DNA of 64,000 nt from Thermoplasmata archaeon. Lineage in GTDB: Archaea; Thermoplasmatota; Thermoplasmata; Lutacidiplasmatales; UBA184. The notes beneath the pieces were generated by a model, which did no database searches, was not told the origin of the DNA, and worked only from the letters and a program-made list of their open reading frames with translations. Below, one piece after another: positions 63,340-64,000 of the stretch. The stretch is from NCBI GenBank assembly GCA_028864975.1, contig JAGWLG010000007.1, positions 60,842 to 124,841 on the forward strand, read 5' to 3'. A program made the position numbers and the translations under genes. Positions within the stretch are counted from its first letter, which is position 1. Every line of letters starts with the position of its first letter.

Positions 63340-63750
63340 ACCCTCCGAGGTTCGTGACCTCGACGGCGTGGTCCTGGATCTACTTGCGGCGAGGCTCGCC
63401 CTCCCCCCCCCATGAGGACCACGAAGAGGTCATTGGCCTTGGCAGATAGTTGGACGTTCACCTTGAGCATCGCGCGTGCCTCCGAGCTCGTGGTCGCCAC
63501 CCAGAGCTGCTCGGGGCGCATCTCACAGAGCCCCTTGCAGCGCTGAATCGCGACCCCTTCATCCCGCCCCACTCCTTGATCTTCGCGTCGTGCTCCTCGT
63601 CGGAGTTGAATTGGACGGACTCCCGCCCCCTCGCGAGACGGTGGAGTGGGGCCCGGAGGATGTAGATGTGGCCCGCCTCGACGGGCTCGTCCGTCTTGCG
63701 GTAAAAGAGGGTGAGGAGCAGCGTGCAGATGTGCGAGCGGTCGACCTAGG
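63340..63750 (-). pseudogene. gyrB: DNA gyrase subunit B C-terminal fragment, frameshifted
   Basis: Three frames stitch to VDRSHICTLLLTLFYR...EAGHIYILRAPL.../ IQRCKGLCEMRPEQLW...LFVVLMG / EGEPRRK*IQDHAVEVTNL. These match GyrB DVDGSHIRTLLL, IQRYKGLGEM..QLW and EPRR.FI..NA. Confidence 0.85.
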
Positions 63751-64000
63751 TCGCTTCGAAGTACGGTCGCAAGGATGGCTCGGGACCCGAAGGTCTTAAG
63801 GCGCCCGTCGCCCGGAGGGGCCCTTCAGCGGAGGTCCTCGGGGCTGTTGTCTTCGCAGACAGAGTCGCCTTGAGGCGGGCGGTCAGGCTCGCAGCGGTGG
63901 AGGGCGGCTGTGCTGGAACGGCTGGGGCCCGGATGGGAAGGGACAGGCTCGGAAGGCACGCGGCGCGTCGGAGGGCATGCCGGGAACCGGGGGTCCTACC

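Noticed and set aside
1-64000. CRISPR array, cas genes or rRNA
   Set aside because: No regularly spaced 25-40 nt repeats, Cas motifs or rRNA signatures were seen by eye.

Overview
High-GC archaeal chromosomal segment, most likely from Thermoplasmata. The assignment is inferred from gene content: ether-lipid enzymes GGGPS and DGGGPS, aIF-1A, stand-alone Bud32, archaeal DtdA, RPA with its partner, and a gyrB relic. Core genes include tRNA-Glu(CUC), dtdA, an M16 peptidase pair, pdxS, pyrF, a GT4, an FKBP, larB, beta-oxidation/ETF genes (two acyl-CoA dehydrogenases, etfB-etfA, fixC, enoyl-CoA hydratase), nnr and aguB-aguA. They are interleaved with many surface or membrane proteins (PKD, Kelch, Ig-like, Pro-rich tails, Zn ribbons) and two STAND ATPase-TPR proteins with no output domain. 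Accessory or decaying blocks lie at about 47.8-50.1 kb (AIM24 triplet with relics) and 59.8-64 kb (IS110 remnant, Zn-finger operon, gyrB pseudogene). The most interesting observations are: probable CUG initiation of etfA and possibly of the first AIM24 gene; an ArsR-linked SRPBCC-TM-DUF929 fusion; a DUF2070 putative hydrolase coupled to the ether-lipid synthases; the AIM24 cluster with a coupled 32-codon relic; and a structured non-coding end on the IS110 remnant. No CRISPR array or rRNA was seen. All family assignments come from motif recognition by eye; no database search was run.
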